Positions 31,571 to 41,239 of a stretch of DNA of 64,000 nt are shown here, in pieces. The translations under genes were made by a program, and so were the position numbers. The DNA is from Bacillus subtilis subsp. subtilis str. 168 (GTDB lineage Bacteria > Bacillota > Bacilli > Bacillales > Bacillaceae). The notes beneath the pieces were generated by a model. The model worked only from the letters and a program-made list of their open reading frames with translations. It did not search any database and was not told where the DNA came from. Location: assembly GCF_000009045.1 (NCBI RefSeq), contig NC_000964.3, positions 3,844,001 to 3,908,000 of the forward strand, written 5' to 3'. The stretch's first letter is position 1, and the number at the start of each line of letters is the position of its first letter.

Positions 31571-31745
31571 TCTTTCTCAAACACCTCTTCCATAATCTTC
31601 TTATCATAAAGTTGTATTATAGTTTAGCATTGTTTTTTCTCTATTTACAATTCGAACGAAATATTTATAAGTTTTATTATTTTCATTTAAATCCCATTAT
31701 ATATTTCTATATTTCATTCTAAAAATACATGAGGATGTAACACGT

Positions 31746-31780
31746 AAAAAAAGCTCTCCGGCCTCCCGGAGAGCTTTTTC
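31746..31780 (-). terminator. rocABC terminator
   Basis: AAAAAAGCTCTCCGG-cctc-CCGGAGAGCTTTTTT. Confidence 0.9.
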
Positions 31781-33192
31781 TATTGCGCCTCTGTCTGCTT
31801 TTTTTCAATCGTTTCATGATTTATACGCTTTTTGATGCTTAGATGATAGTATGCATAACAGAAAATAATGATCGGCACACCGCAGTATAAGCCAATTCTT
31901 TGATCCGGAATGAAAATAAGGCTGATCAACACGCAGCCATATAAACAAAATCCGAGAATCGGGACTAGCGGATAAAGCGGCGTTCTGAACTCCAGATCAT
32001 TCACATTTCCGCCTTCTGCCAGGAAACGCCTGCGAAAGAAAAATTGCGACGCACAAATGGACATCCACGCGACAACTGTCACCATGCCCGAGATTGAGAT
32101 ACACCATAAATACACTGTTTCTGCAGCCATGACACTTGTCAGCAGCGAACAGCCTGAAATGCCTAGCGTAATCAGCAGGGCATTCATCGGCACGCCTTTT
32201 TTTGTCAGTCTGGTGAGAAAGGAGGGACCCATTTGATTTGATGAAAGTGACCACATCATACGCGACGCCGCATACAATCCCGAATTAGCAACAGATAAAA
32301 TGGCCGTTAAGATGACAAAGTTCATGATATCTGCCGAAAATGGGATGCCGATTTGATCGAGTACTGCTACAAACGGGCTTTCAATCACCCCCGCCGTTTT
32401 GTACGGAAGGATGGCAACCAAGACGAACATAGCGAGCACAAAGAAAAACAGCGTGCGCCAAATAACATTTCGAATGGACTTTGGCAGTGTTTTTTCCGGG
32501 CTTTCACTTTCCCCTGCCGCAATGCCGACAAGCTCCGTTCCCTGGAACGAGAAGTTTACCATGACCAGCGTAAACATAACGGCCAGCACCCCATTAGGGA
32601 AAAGCCCTCTATCAGTCATAAAGTTAGACAAAAAGGGTGTCTCCTGTCCGCCTTTAAAGTCAATCAAGCCAAACACAGCGGCTCCGCCAATCACAATAAA
32701 TAATATGATCGCCGCCACTTTGATGCTTGAAAACCAAAATTCCATTTCCGCAAAGCTTCTGACAGAGAGCGCATTAATCAAAAAGATGACGATGCCGAAC
32801 ACGAGGCACCATATCCAGATCGGAACGGAGGGCAGCCACCTTTGCATCAAAATGCCTGCTGACGTCAGCTCTAACCCTACTGTATTGGCCCAGCTGAACC
32901 AATACAGCCAGCCAATCATAAAGCCTGTCGACTGTCCCAGAAATTTAGTGGCGTAGGCCTGAAACGATCCGGCCACCGGCATGGCAACAGCCAATTCTCC
33001 TAAACAAAGCATGACGAGATACATTAAAAATCCGCCGATGATATACGCGGCAATGGCGCCGAGCGGTCCCGCCTGGCTAATGGTAAAGCCAGAGCCTAGA
33101 AACAGCCCAGTGCCAATCACCCCTCCCAAAGCAATCATAAACAAATGCCTGCTTTTCATGCTGCGCTGCAATTCATTTTTATGATTCTGCAT
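31780..33192 (-). CDS. rocC: APC-family amino acid (arginine/ornithine) permease
   Basis: 470 aa (alternative ATG at 33195); IALGGVIGTG and FSFQGTELVG. Confidence 0.95.
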   Translation of the reverse strand: MQNHKNELQRSMKSRHLFMIALGGVIGTGLFLGSGFTISQAGPLGAIAAYIIGGFLMYLVMLCLGELAVAMPVAGSFQAYATKFLGQSTGFMIGWLYWFSWANTVGLELTSAGILMQRWLPSVPIWIWCLVFGIVIFLINALSVRSFAEMEFWFSSIKVAAIILFIVIGGAAVFGLIDFKGGQETPFLSNFMTDRGLFPNGVLAVMFTLVMVNFSFQGTELVGIAAGESESPEKTLPKSIRNVIWRTLFFFVLAMFVLVAILPYKTAGVIESPFVAVLDQIGIPFSADIMNFVILTAILSVANSGLYAASRMMWSLSSNQMGPSFLTRLTKKGVPMNALLITLGISGCSLLTSVMAAETVYLWCISISGMVTVVAWMSICASQFFFRRRFLAEGGNVNDLEFRTPLYPLVPILGFCLYGCVLISLIFIPDQRIGLYCGVPIIIFCYAYYHLSIKKRINHETIEKKQTEAQ

Positions 33193-34892
33193 CATCCTTC
33201 CCCCTTTGGTTCTTTTGCCGTGATGGTCATCCGGTAGCTTTGCAAAAGATGAACGGTGGTTTGCTGTATGAGGAGAGGCAATACATGAAATGTGTACGGT
33301 TTATAGACTCGTTCTGTCCATTTATGGCCGTCTTTTCCGTACACGCCCATATTAATGGATGGAATATTCAGCTTGCGTATGTCTTTGAACGGAATGGTCC
33401 CAATCATATTCCACCCAGGGAAGTTCCTGATAAAAGAATCAATTTCGCCATCGGTTTCGTGCAGTGATAAAAAACTGCCGTCTGCCAAGTAGGGGAAAAA
33501 CTTTTTGAAGACAAATGTTTCGCCTGTCGATTCAGCGGTTTTGTCAGCCGCTTCTTTAATCACATGCTGCAAAAGCTGATCTCTTGCGCTATCTTCTTTC
33601 AAATAGTTATGCGGCAGGTAAGGAGGTGCGTAAAATAGAATGACTTTTGCGCCTTGATCGGGGTCAAGCTTTTGAAGCTCTTCGATTGCCTGAAAGCATC
33701 TCATGCGAAGTTCAAGGTGCTCGTTGGCTTTGAATGTCTGCTCGATACACTGCTCGGGATCTATTCCCCGGTTTCTCAGCTTTTCTAAGTATTGCTCCAG
33801 GCTATACACTTGAATGCCCCATGATAAATGTTTCTTTGGCAGGTTGGCTCTTTTTACATATTCTTCGTAATAATCTGATAATTTTTGTTCTGTCTCCCGG
33901 CATGCTTCCTCAGTGACTTCAATAAGCAAATCCATCATTTCTTTTGCTGTTCTTTCATAAATAAAACAATTGAAATACAAGCTGGTGCTGACAGCCGTTT
34001 GCACATTATAGGATTCCTTGTTATCACGCTGATACAAACAGGATGGGGGCAGAACCAACTCCCCTTCAACCTTTTCTGCCAGATGGATGTTATTGTGGAG
34101 ACGGCTTGTGATTTCAGATGAAATGAAATTTGGGTCAATCCCTGCCAGTGTATCGCCAACATGGACTTCACGCCCGTAAATGTAAAAGCAAGGCAACAGT
34201 TTTCCCGCGGCTCCGGTATAGATATATCTTGTCTGATCACCATCGTAAAGCGGGGTAATAAAATCCGTATTAATAGCAGCCAAATAGTGAAGCTGTTTTT
34301 CTTTTTTTAGCCGGTTCAGCTCTGAAATGCTGGCGAGAATGCCCGAATGCTGGCTCTCCTCATCGGGATTGGCCATAAACAATACATTTCCCGGCAACGT
34401 CTCAAGGTTCTCCGAAAAATGCAGGAGATTGGCTAAATGCACGGCGATGCCGCTTTGCATATCGACAGATCCTCTTCCGAACATCCACTCGCCTGATTTG
34501 GCATCCCGCTGAACATCCTGATCGAACTCATAGCGGCTGAAATACTCGGCCAATTTCTCACAATCAAAAGCGATATCCTTTAAAGGGCCGAAATCTTCAA
34601 TTCCAACTGTATCCAGATGGGCATGGTAAATGACTGTATTTCGGCTTTCTCCATGTCCTTTAATAAACGCAAAAATATTTTTGCGTTTGTATGGGTCATT
34701 GGGAATGGCCTGTTCCCACACATGACTGGGGTTTTCCTGAAAATAAGGATAGCTCGTGATCACTTCTTTGATGAAATCTGCTTTTGTCCCTTCTCCAACG
34801 GTGCCGTTCACGCTGCTGAGGCTGACCAGAGATGCTGTCAGCGCCTCCACTCTTTCAGCCGGATTCATGTGACTGATTTTTGTATACTGCAT
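33192..34892 (-). CDS. rocB: M20-like metallo-hydrolase RocB (citrulline to ornithine, per recalled literature)
   Basis: 566 aa; HAHLDTV, GRGSVDMQSG and PDEE; lies between rocA and rocC. Confidence 0.9.
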   Translation of the reverse strand: MQYTKISHMNPAERVEALTASLVSLSSVNGTVGEGTKADFIKEVITSYPYFQENPSHVWEQAIPNDPYKRKNIFAFIKGHGESRNTVIYHAHLDTVGIEDFGPLKDIAFDCEKLAEYFSRYEFDQDVQRDAKSGEWMFGRGSVDMQSGIAVHLANLLHFSENLETLPGNVLFMANPDEESQHSGILASISELNRLKKEKQLHYLAAINTDFITPLYDGDQTRYIYTGAAGKLLPCFYIYGREVHVGDTLAGIDPNFISSEITSRLHNNIHLAEKVEGELVLPPSCLYQRDNKESYNVQTAVSTSLYFNCFIYERTAKEMMDLLIEVTEEACRETEQKLSDYYEEYVKRANLPKKHLSWGIQVYSLEQYLEKLRNRGIDPEQCIEQTFKANEHLELRMRCFQAIEELQKLDPDQGAKVILFYAPPYLPHNYLKEDSARDQLLQHVIKEAADKTAESTGETFVFKKFFPYLADGSFLSLHETDGEIDSFIRNFPGWNMIGTIPFKDIRKLNIPSINMGVYGKDGHKWTERVYKPYTFHVLPLLIQQTTVHLLQSYRMTITAKEPKGEG

Positions 34893-34918
34893 AAATTGTC
34901 CTCCTGATCAAAAAGTTG

Positions 34919-34952
34919 AAATCGTGCGATCCGCTAAAGAATCGCACGATTT
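34919..34952. other. Intra-operonic stem-loop between rocA and rocB
   Basis: AAATCGTGCGAT-N10-ATCGCACGATTT; interrupted U tract on the minus strand. Confidence 0.75.
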
Positions 34953-34965
34953 TATTTCTCTCAAA

Positions 34966-36513
34966 TCAAAAAGCTTCGGACGTTGTTTTGGCTTGCATAT
35001 GAAGAATTAAGTAATCGGGACCGCCTGCTTTTGAGTCTGTTCCTGACATATTAAAACCGCCGAACGGCTGATAGCCGACAATTGCTCCGGTACATCCTCT
35101 GTTAAAATATAGGTTTCCGACATGGAAATCCTCGCGCGCCCGTTCAATGTGCGCACGGTTTTTCGTCAGAAGCGCACCTGTTAATCCGTATTCCGTGTTA
35201 TTGGCAATCTCCAGCATATGATCGAAATCACGCGCTTTGCAAATCGCAACAACCGGGCCGAAAATTTCTTCCTGCATCAAGCGGGCGTTTTCATCAACAT
35301 CTGCAAAGATCGTCGGCTGAATAAAGTAGCCTTTTGAATCATCGCCTTCTCCGCCGGCCAATAGCTTGCCTTCAGATTTGCCGATTTCAATGTATTTCAT
35401 CACTTTGTTGTAGGATGCTTCATGAATCACGGGACCCATATACGTATCAGGATCTTCTGGATTGCCGACAGTCAGCGTTTTGGTCAGCGCCACAGCTTTT
35501 TCCACCACTTCATCATACACATCCTGATGAATGACCGCGCGGGAGCCCGCAGAACACTTCTGTCCTGAATATCCAAATGCTGAATACACGATAGAGGATG
35601 CAGCAAGGTCAAGATCAGCGTCCTTGTCGACAAGCACTGTGTCTTTTCCGCCCATTTCTGCAATTACCCGTTTGAGCCATTTTTGGCCCGGCTGCACTTT
35701 GGCAGCTCGCTCATAAATCCGGCAGCCGACTGCACGGGAACCTGTAAATGAGACAAACCGTGTCTTCGGATGCTCAACTAAGAAATCACCGATCTCCGCA
35801 CCATCTCCCGGAATGTAATTCAGAACGCCGTTTGGCAGACCCGCTTCCTCCATGACCTCGACAAATTTTGCTGCCACTACCGGGGCTGCGTCAGCCGGTT
35901 TTAAGAGAATCGTATTTCCTGTCACAATCGCTGCCACCGCTGTTCCCGCCATAATCGCGAGCGGGAAGTTAAATGGAGAAATGACGATGCCGACGCCAAG
36001 CGCTTCGTAATGATATTGATTGACCTCGCCAGCACGGCTCTTCACCGGAGCCCCTTCCTTGAGCTTTAACATTTGGCGCGCGTAGAACTCTAAAAAGTCT
36101 ATCGCTTCAGCCGTGTCCGCATCTGCTTCCTTCCACGGTTTTCCTGCTTCCTTCACAAGATAGCTTGAAAATTCATGCTTTCTTCTGCGCAAAATAGCCG
36201 CTGCCTTAAAGAGAATATTTGCGCGGTGCTCCGGTCTTTGTTTTTTCCAGGAATCAAATGCCTGCAATGCGGCTTGCATCGCTTTTTCAGCAAGCTCTTG
36301 ATCCGCTGTAGACGCGTACCCAATGATCTCTTCTTTATTTGCCGGGTTAATAGAAATGATTTTGCGGTCCGTTTCAATTTTTTCTCCATTTATGACAAGC
36401 GGATAATGCTTGCCGAGCTGAGTGTTTACAAAGGCCAATGACTCCCCAAATGCAGTTTTATTCTTTGCTTCCGTAAAATCGGTAAATGGTTCGTGCGCGT
36501 ATGTGACTGTCAT
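34966..36513 (-). CDS. rocA: 1-pyrroline-5-carboxylate dehydrogenase
   Basis: 515 aa; EMGGKD, GQKCSA and EEIFGPV; start trimmed to [10 protein letters not shown] after RBS AGGGGG. Confidence 0.96.
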
Positions 36514-36550
36514 ATGTAGTCCCCCTCGTGTTATGAAATATATCTTCGCA

Positions 36551-36578
36551 TATGAATAAAAATGCAAGAATCATGCCA
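36551..36578 (-). promoter_or_regulatory. SigL (sigma54) promoter of rocA with overlapping AhrC box
   Basis: TGGCAT-N5-TTGCA at 36563-36578; ARG-box TATGAATAAAAATGCAAG at 36551-36568. Confidence 0.88.
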
Positions 36579-36665
36579 TTTTCTTGTCTTTTGCTGAAAA
36601 AACTTGTTGAATCGAACAGAAATTTGTCTAACAGGTGATCACCTTTCTCTTTTTCCGATCTTGAA

Positions 36666-36726
36666 CGCAAATTTATTTTGCGTTTTTTGCTCTTTACGCA
36701 AAAAACAAATGCAAAATTATTTTGCG
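36666..36726. promoter_or_regulatory. RocR enhancer (UAS for rocA, downstream activating sequence for rocG)
   Basis: Two dyads, CGCAAA-N5-TTTGCG (36666-36682) and TGCAAAA-N3-TTTTGCG (36710-36726), 44 bp apart. Confidence 0.88.
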
Positions 36727-36739
36727 GAGGCTTCTCAAA

Positions 36740-38014
36740 TTAGACCCATCCGCGGAAACGCGATGCTTCTGCCGATTTTCTGATGCCCGTCATGTAAGCC
36801 GCCAAACGCATATCCACTTTATGTGTTGCCGCTGTTTGATAAATTGTTTCGAACGAGCTGACCATGACGCTTCTCAGTTTTTCTGCAACCTCTTCTTCCG
36901 ACCAATAATATCCTTGGTTGTTTTGCACCCATTCAAAATAAGAAACCGTGACGCCGCCGGCACTCGCTAGGATATCCGGCACAAGCAGCACGCCTCTTTC
37001 ATTCAGGATCTTAGTGGCATCAATGGTTGTCGGGCCGTTCGCCGCTTCAACGACGATTGACGCCTGAATGTTATGTGCGTTTTTGGCTGTGATTTGATTG
37101 GAGATCGCGGCAGGCACTAAAATATCGCAATCCTTTTCAAGCAGCTCCTCATTTGTGATGACGTCAGTAAATAAATTGGTGACCATACCAAAGCTGTCCC
37201 GTTTATCGAGCAAATAAGGGATATCAAGGCCGTCTGGGTTGTAGAGCCCGCCATTGGCATCAGAAATCCCGATCACCTTCGCGCCCGCATCGTGCATGAA
37301 TTTGGCCAGGAAGCTACCCGCGTTTCCAAAGCCCTGTATGATGATGCGCGCGTTTTGCAGCTTGATCCCTTTTTTCTTCACCGCCTCTTCAATACAAATC
37401 GTGACGCCCTGTGCCGTCGCTGTTTCCCGTCCTTGCGATCCTCCCAAAACAAGCGGTTTACCTGTAATAAAGCCCGGAGAATCGAATTCCCGCAGCCGGC
37501 TGTACTCATCCATCATCCACGCCATAATCTGCGAATTGGTGTACACATCGGGAGCTGGAATATCCTTTGTCGGACCGACGATCTGGCTGATGGCACGGAC
37601 ATACCCCCTGCTCAGCCTTTCCAGTTCTCCAAATGACATTGTCCGCGGATCACAAATAATACCGCCCTTCCCGCCGCCGTAAGGAAGATTGGCAATCCCG
37701 CATTTGAGCGTCATCCAAATGGATAATGCCTTTACTTCCTCTTCATTAACTTCTGGATGGAAGCGAACGCCCCCCTTTGTCGGACCGACAGCATCATTGT
37801 GCTGTGACCGGTAGCCTGTGAACACTTTGACGCTCCCATTGTCCATTTTGACCGGAATGCGGACAGTGAGCATTCTCTGCGGCTCTTTCATGAGTTCATA
37901 CATATCTCCCGGATAACCCAGCTTCCGAAGGGCTTCCTTAATGATTGTTTGGGTAGACAGAAATAAGTTAAGAGCTTCTTTTTCTTCATCTTTCGAGACT
38001 TGCTTTGCTGACAT
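36740..38014 (-). CDS. rocG: NAD-specific catabolic glutamate dehydrogenase
   Basis: 424 aa; KGGVRFH, GGGKGG and GFGNAG. Confidence 0.97.
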   Translation of the reverse strand: MSAKQVSKDEEKEALNLFLSTQTIIKEALRKLGYPGDMYELMKEPQRMLTVRIPVKMDNGSVKVFTGYRSQHNDAVGPTKGGVRFHPEVNEEEVKALSIWMTLKCGIANLPYGGGKGGIICDPRTMSFGELERLSRGYVRAISQIVGPTKDIPAPDVYTNSQIMAWMMDEYSRLREFDSPGFITGKPLVLGGSQGRETATAQGVTICIEEAVKKKGIKLQNARIIIQGFGNAGSFLAKFMHDAGAKVIGISDANGGLYNPDGLDIPYLLDKRDSFGMVTNLFTDVITNEELLEKDCDILVPAAISNQITAKNAHNIQASIVVEAANGPTTIDATKILNERGVLLVPDILASAGGVTVSYFEWVQNNQGYYWSEEEVAEKLRSVMVSSFETIYQTAATHKVDMRLAAYMTGIRKSAEASRFRGWV

Positions 38015-38049
38015 CTTTTTCACCTCATTGTTTTTTTGGCCGGCTGTAA

Positions 38050-38063
38050 TGTAAGCGCTTTAA
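38050..38063 (-). promoter_or_regulatory. cre site in the rocG leader
   Basis: TTAAAGCGCTTACA downstream of the SigL promoter. Confidence 0.8.
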
Positions 38064-38112
38064 AAAATCAGCCCGCCAATTCCTTTCTTCATTGGATTCA
38101 CCCTTATCATCA

Positions 38113-38128
38113 TGCAAGATCCGTACCA
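38113..38128 (-). promoter_or_regulatory. SigL (sigma54) promoter of rocG
   Basis: TGGTAC-N5-TTGCA. Confidence 0.85.
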
Positions 38129-38142
38129 GCTTTTGAATCCAC

Positions 38143-38173
38143 AAAAAAAGAGACTGAAAACATCTCAGTCTCT
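38143..38173 (-). terminator. yweA terminator
   Basis: AGAGACTGA-N7-TCAGTCTCT plus T6. Confidence 0.8.
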
Positions 38174-38190
38174 GACTACAAATCTATCGA

Positions 38191-38655
38191 TTAACGGGGA
38201 TCAATCACCAGCTGCGTTTCAGCATAAAAACTGCCGATTCCCAAACCGTTTACTACATCGCCTTTAATCGTGTAAGTGCCTGCGCGAGGAAGAGTTTTAC
38301 GCACCATGACAAGGTCAAATTCGGATGCGCCTAACAAATCAAGCGTAAGCGGGAGTCTGACTGTTTTTCCATCGTTTAAAATCTGTGTTTCTTTCAGTGT
38401 TCTTCCATTCACTGAATCTCTTGTCGTAGCATGAAACCCGTCAGGAAATTGAAATTCTACCGCTCCAAGAGAAAGCACCGCATTTGGTTTATATGTCACT
38501 TCAATATCAGAAATGGTCCACTCTTTCGTGCTGTTAACTGTTTTTGCCTCGATTGATGCAGACTGTGCATGAGCTTGGCCCGAAGGAAGTAAGATTGATA
38601 GTAAAACAGCTGAACTGATGAATAATGAAGATACGAATGAAGTTCTTTTTAGCAT
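38191..38655 (-). CDS. yweA: Secreted BslA (hydrophobin-like) paralogue, also called SivA/BslB
   Basis: 154 aa; signal peptide ending AHA; LSLG, LDLLG and LGIG cap strands; no C-terminal CxC. Confidence 0.9.
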   Translation of the reverse strand: MLKRTSFVSSLFISSAVLLSILLPSGQAHAQSASIEAKTVNSTKEWTISDIEVTYKPNAVLSLGAVEFQFPDGFHATTRDSVNGRTLKETQILNDGKTVRLPLTLDLLGASEFDLVMVRKTLPRAGTYTIKGDVVNGLGIGSFYAETQLVIDPR

Positions 38656-38929
38656 GACATTTCCCCCTAATTGATTGTTGAAATTTGGCCAGAGCGTCCT
38701 CTGCAGAAAAAGCGCTTTTTCATAATTCGCGAATTACCAGTTCTTTTTCTTAAAAATTAATCTATCATCATTTTCCATGGAAGTAAATGTTTTTTAAGGA
38801 ATATTAACACTTGGAATTCAATGAGAATTCCTTCCTGTTTATACAAGGTTCAAATGGACGATTTCCCTCTCTTTTTCTAGTAACATCTGCCTGACATTTT
38901 ATATCTTTTATCCTATTTTAAAAAAGGGC

Positions 38930-38961
38930 AAAAAAAGTCGAAGATGCCTCTGCTCTTCGAT
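38930..38961 (-). terminator. sps operon terminator
   Basis: TCGAAGA-N9-TCTTCGA plus a T tract on the minus strand. Confidence 0.65.
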
Positions 38962-38978
38962 TGATCACGTTCCTATTT

Positions 38979-39434
38979 TTATCTGAATTCAGTGTTCCAG
39001 TTAAAACCGATCGTCTCATCATCCCACGGAATTCTTTTTTCATCAGGCTGATCCGGGTTATACGACATGGTGGTAAAATAGATAATTGTCAGCGGCGTCT
39101 CTCCCAGCACTCTATATCCGTGAGCCACCCCTTTTGGGATTAATAACAGCATCGGGTTGTCTTCGCCCATATAATAGACGTCCGTTTCTCCTTTTGTCTT
39201 TGAATCCTCTCGAAGATCGTATAGGACAACCTGAGCGTGGCCGGTTGGGAAGAACCAGAGATCATCCTGCTTCTCATGATAATGAAATGCCTTAATCACA
39301 CCCGGATAGCTTTTCGACCAAGAGGCCTGCCCAAAATGCTCAAGGAGATTCTCATCGTCCCGGACCAGCTCAGCAAAAAAGCCTCTGTCATCGCTATGCT
39401 TCATCAATTTTTTCACCTTGACTCCATCAATCAC
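38979..39434 (-). CDS. spsL: dTDP-4-dehydrorhamnose 3,5-epimerase (RmlC-like)
   Basis: 151 aa from GTG; DDRGFF, KAFHYH and GVAHGY. Confidence 0.93.
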   Translation of the reverse strand: MIDGVKVKKLMKHSDDRGFFAELVRDDENLLEHFGQASWSKSYPGVIKAFHYHEKQDDLWFFPTGHAQVVLYDLREDSKTKGETDVYYMGEDNPMLLLIPKGVAHGYRVLGETPLTIIYFTTMSYNPDQPDEKRIPWDDETIGFNWNTEFR

Positions 39435-40278
39435 ACGCACTGCTCCTTTCCTGCAAATACTCTCGTAACGCTTCCCGCCAGTGGCGGGGGCGGATGCCGG
39501 CTTCTTCAATAGCCCGATGGCTCAGCACAGAGTATGCCGGACGGGGCGTTTTGTTCCCGTATTCCTCTGTCGTTACAGACAAAATGGCTGTTTCCAGCCC
39601 GCTTTCTTCCATAATTGCCGTCGCAAACTCATACCAGCTGCATATGCCTGAATTGCTGACATGATAGATGCCCGGCGGATGGCTGAACAGCTTGATGACC
39701 GCTTCTGCTAAATCCTTCGTATAAGTCGGCGAACCAATTTGATCGCTGACAACCCGAAGCTCTTGTTTCGTTTCAGCAAGTTTCAGCATGGTTTCAACGA
39801 AATTACTGCCGCCATGTCCGTACACCCACGATGTCCTGATGATCGTGCTGTCTTTTGTCGTTAATCGTATCAGTTCTTCTCCGAGCCTTTTGCTTTTGCC
39901 ATAAATGGTTTTCGGATCGAGGGGATCGTCTTCCCTATATGGCTGGGTTCCTTTCCCATTGAATACATAGTCCGTGCTGATATGAACATATTGAGCTCCG
40001 ATGCGGGTTGACTCAAGCGCTGTATAATAAGCGCCGATTCCGTTAATCAAGTACGCTTTATCAAGCTCTTTCTCGCATTGATCAACCGACGTAAACGCGG
40101 CGCTATTGACCACGATATCCGGCTGATAATGGCCAAACGAATGCCGTACTGAGCGCTGGTCAGCAATGTTCATCATCTTCTTTGTTAACGCAATGACCTC
40201 ATATCCGGCTTGCTTCAGCTGGCGGCATAGTTCCAAGCCAAGCTGTCCTCCCGCCCCAGTCACCAATACCTTTGTCAA
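39427..40278 (-). CDS. spsK: dTDP-4-dehydrorhamnose reductase (RmlD)
   Basis: 283 aa; GAGGQLG, STDYVF and YGKSK. Confidence 0.95.
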   Translation of the reverse strand: MTKVLVTGAGGQLGLELCRQLKQAGYEVIALTKKMMNIADQRSVRHSFGHYQPDIVVNSAAFTSVDQCEKELDKAYLINGIGAYYTALESTRIGAQYVHISTDYVFNGKGTQPYREDDPLDPKTIYGKSKRLGEELIRLTTKDSTIIRTSWVYGHGGSNFVETMLKLAETKQELRVVSDQIGSPTYTKDLAEAVIKLFSHPPGIYHVSNSGICSWYEFATAIMEESGLETAILSVTTEEYGNKTPRPAYSVLSHRAIEEAGIRPRHWREALREYLQERSSACD

Positions 40279-40291
40279 TCAGATCACCTTC

Positions 40292-41239
40292 TCATCGGTC
40301 ATTGTCTGTATACCACTGAATCGTACGCGCAATGCCTTCTTCAAACGTCACTTCCTGCCGCCAGCCCAGTTCGTTTTTCAGCTTTGATGCATTGATCGCA
40401 TAGCGCCGGTCATGCCCTTTTCGGTCTTCCACGTGGGCGAACAATTCCTCACAGCCCAGATGCTTCAAAATGACACTCGCCAGCTCTTTATTCGTGCGTT
40501 CATTTCCGCCGCCGATGTTATACACCTCGCCGTCGGTCCCTTTTTCTAAAATCAGCTTGATCGCGCGGCAATGATCCTCCGCAAACAGCCAGTCTCGGAT
40601 CTGGAGTCCATCGCCATACAGCGGAACAGGCAGGCCCTGCTTCGCATGACGGATAATCGTCGGAATCATTTTTTCGCTGTGCTGATAAGGTCCGTAATTG
40701 TTGCTGCATCGTGTAATGATGGCCGGAAGCTTGTGGGTTTTCACATAAGACAACACGAGCAAATCAGAGCTTGCTTTGCTGGCTGAGTATGGGTTATTAG
40801 GAGAAAGCGGCGTCGTTTCTGTAAACGCGGGATCATCCGCTTTTAAATCCCCGTATACCTCATCTGTTGAAATATGAATCAGCTTCTTGGCTTTTCCTTT
40901 CAAGACCGCTTCCGCCAATCGGTATGTCCCCATGACATTTGTGGTGATAAACGGCTCCGCTTGGGAAATGCTTCTGTCCACATGCGATTCTGCTGCGAAG
41001 TGAATGACGCCATCGTAGGTCTCGTCAAAAGCGCGGTCGATATCCTCCTGAACGCTGATGTCCCCTTTTACAAAGCGAAAACGGCTGTTTTGCTTTAATT
41101 TTTCCATTTCCTCCGGGTGGCTGGCGTACGTCAGTTTATCTAAAACGGTAATGCGCGCATCCGTTTCCCTCAGCATGAGCTTTGTAAACGTGAGCCCGAT
41201 GAAGCCGGCCCCGCCTGTAATTAAATATGATTTTGCCAT
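40292..41239 (-). CDS. spsJ: dTDP-glucose 4,6-dehydratase (RmlB)
   Basis: 315 aa; [23 protein letters not shown] and YSASK; TGATG coupling to spsI. Confidence 0.96.
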
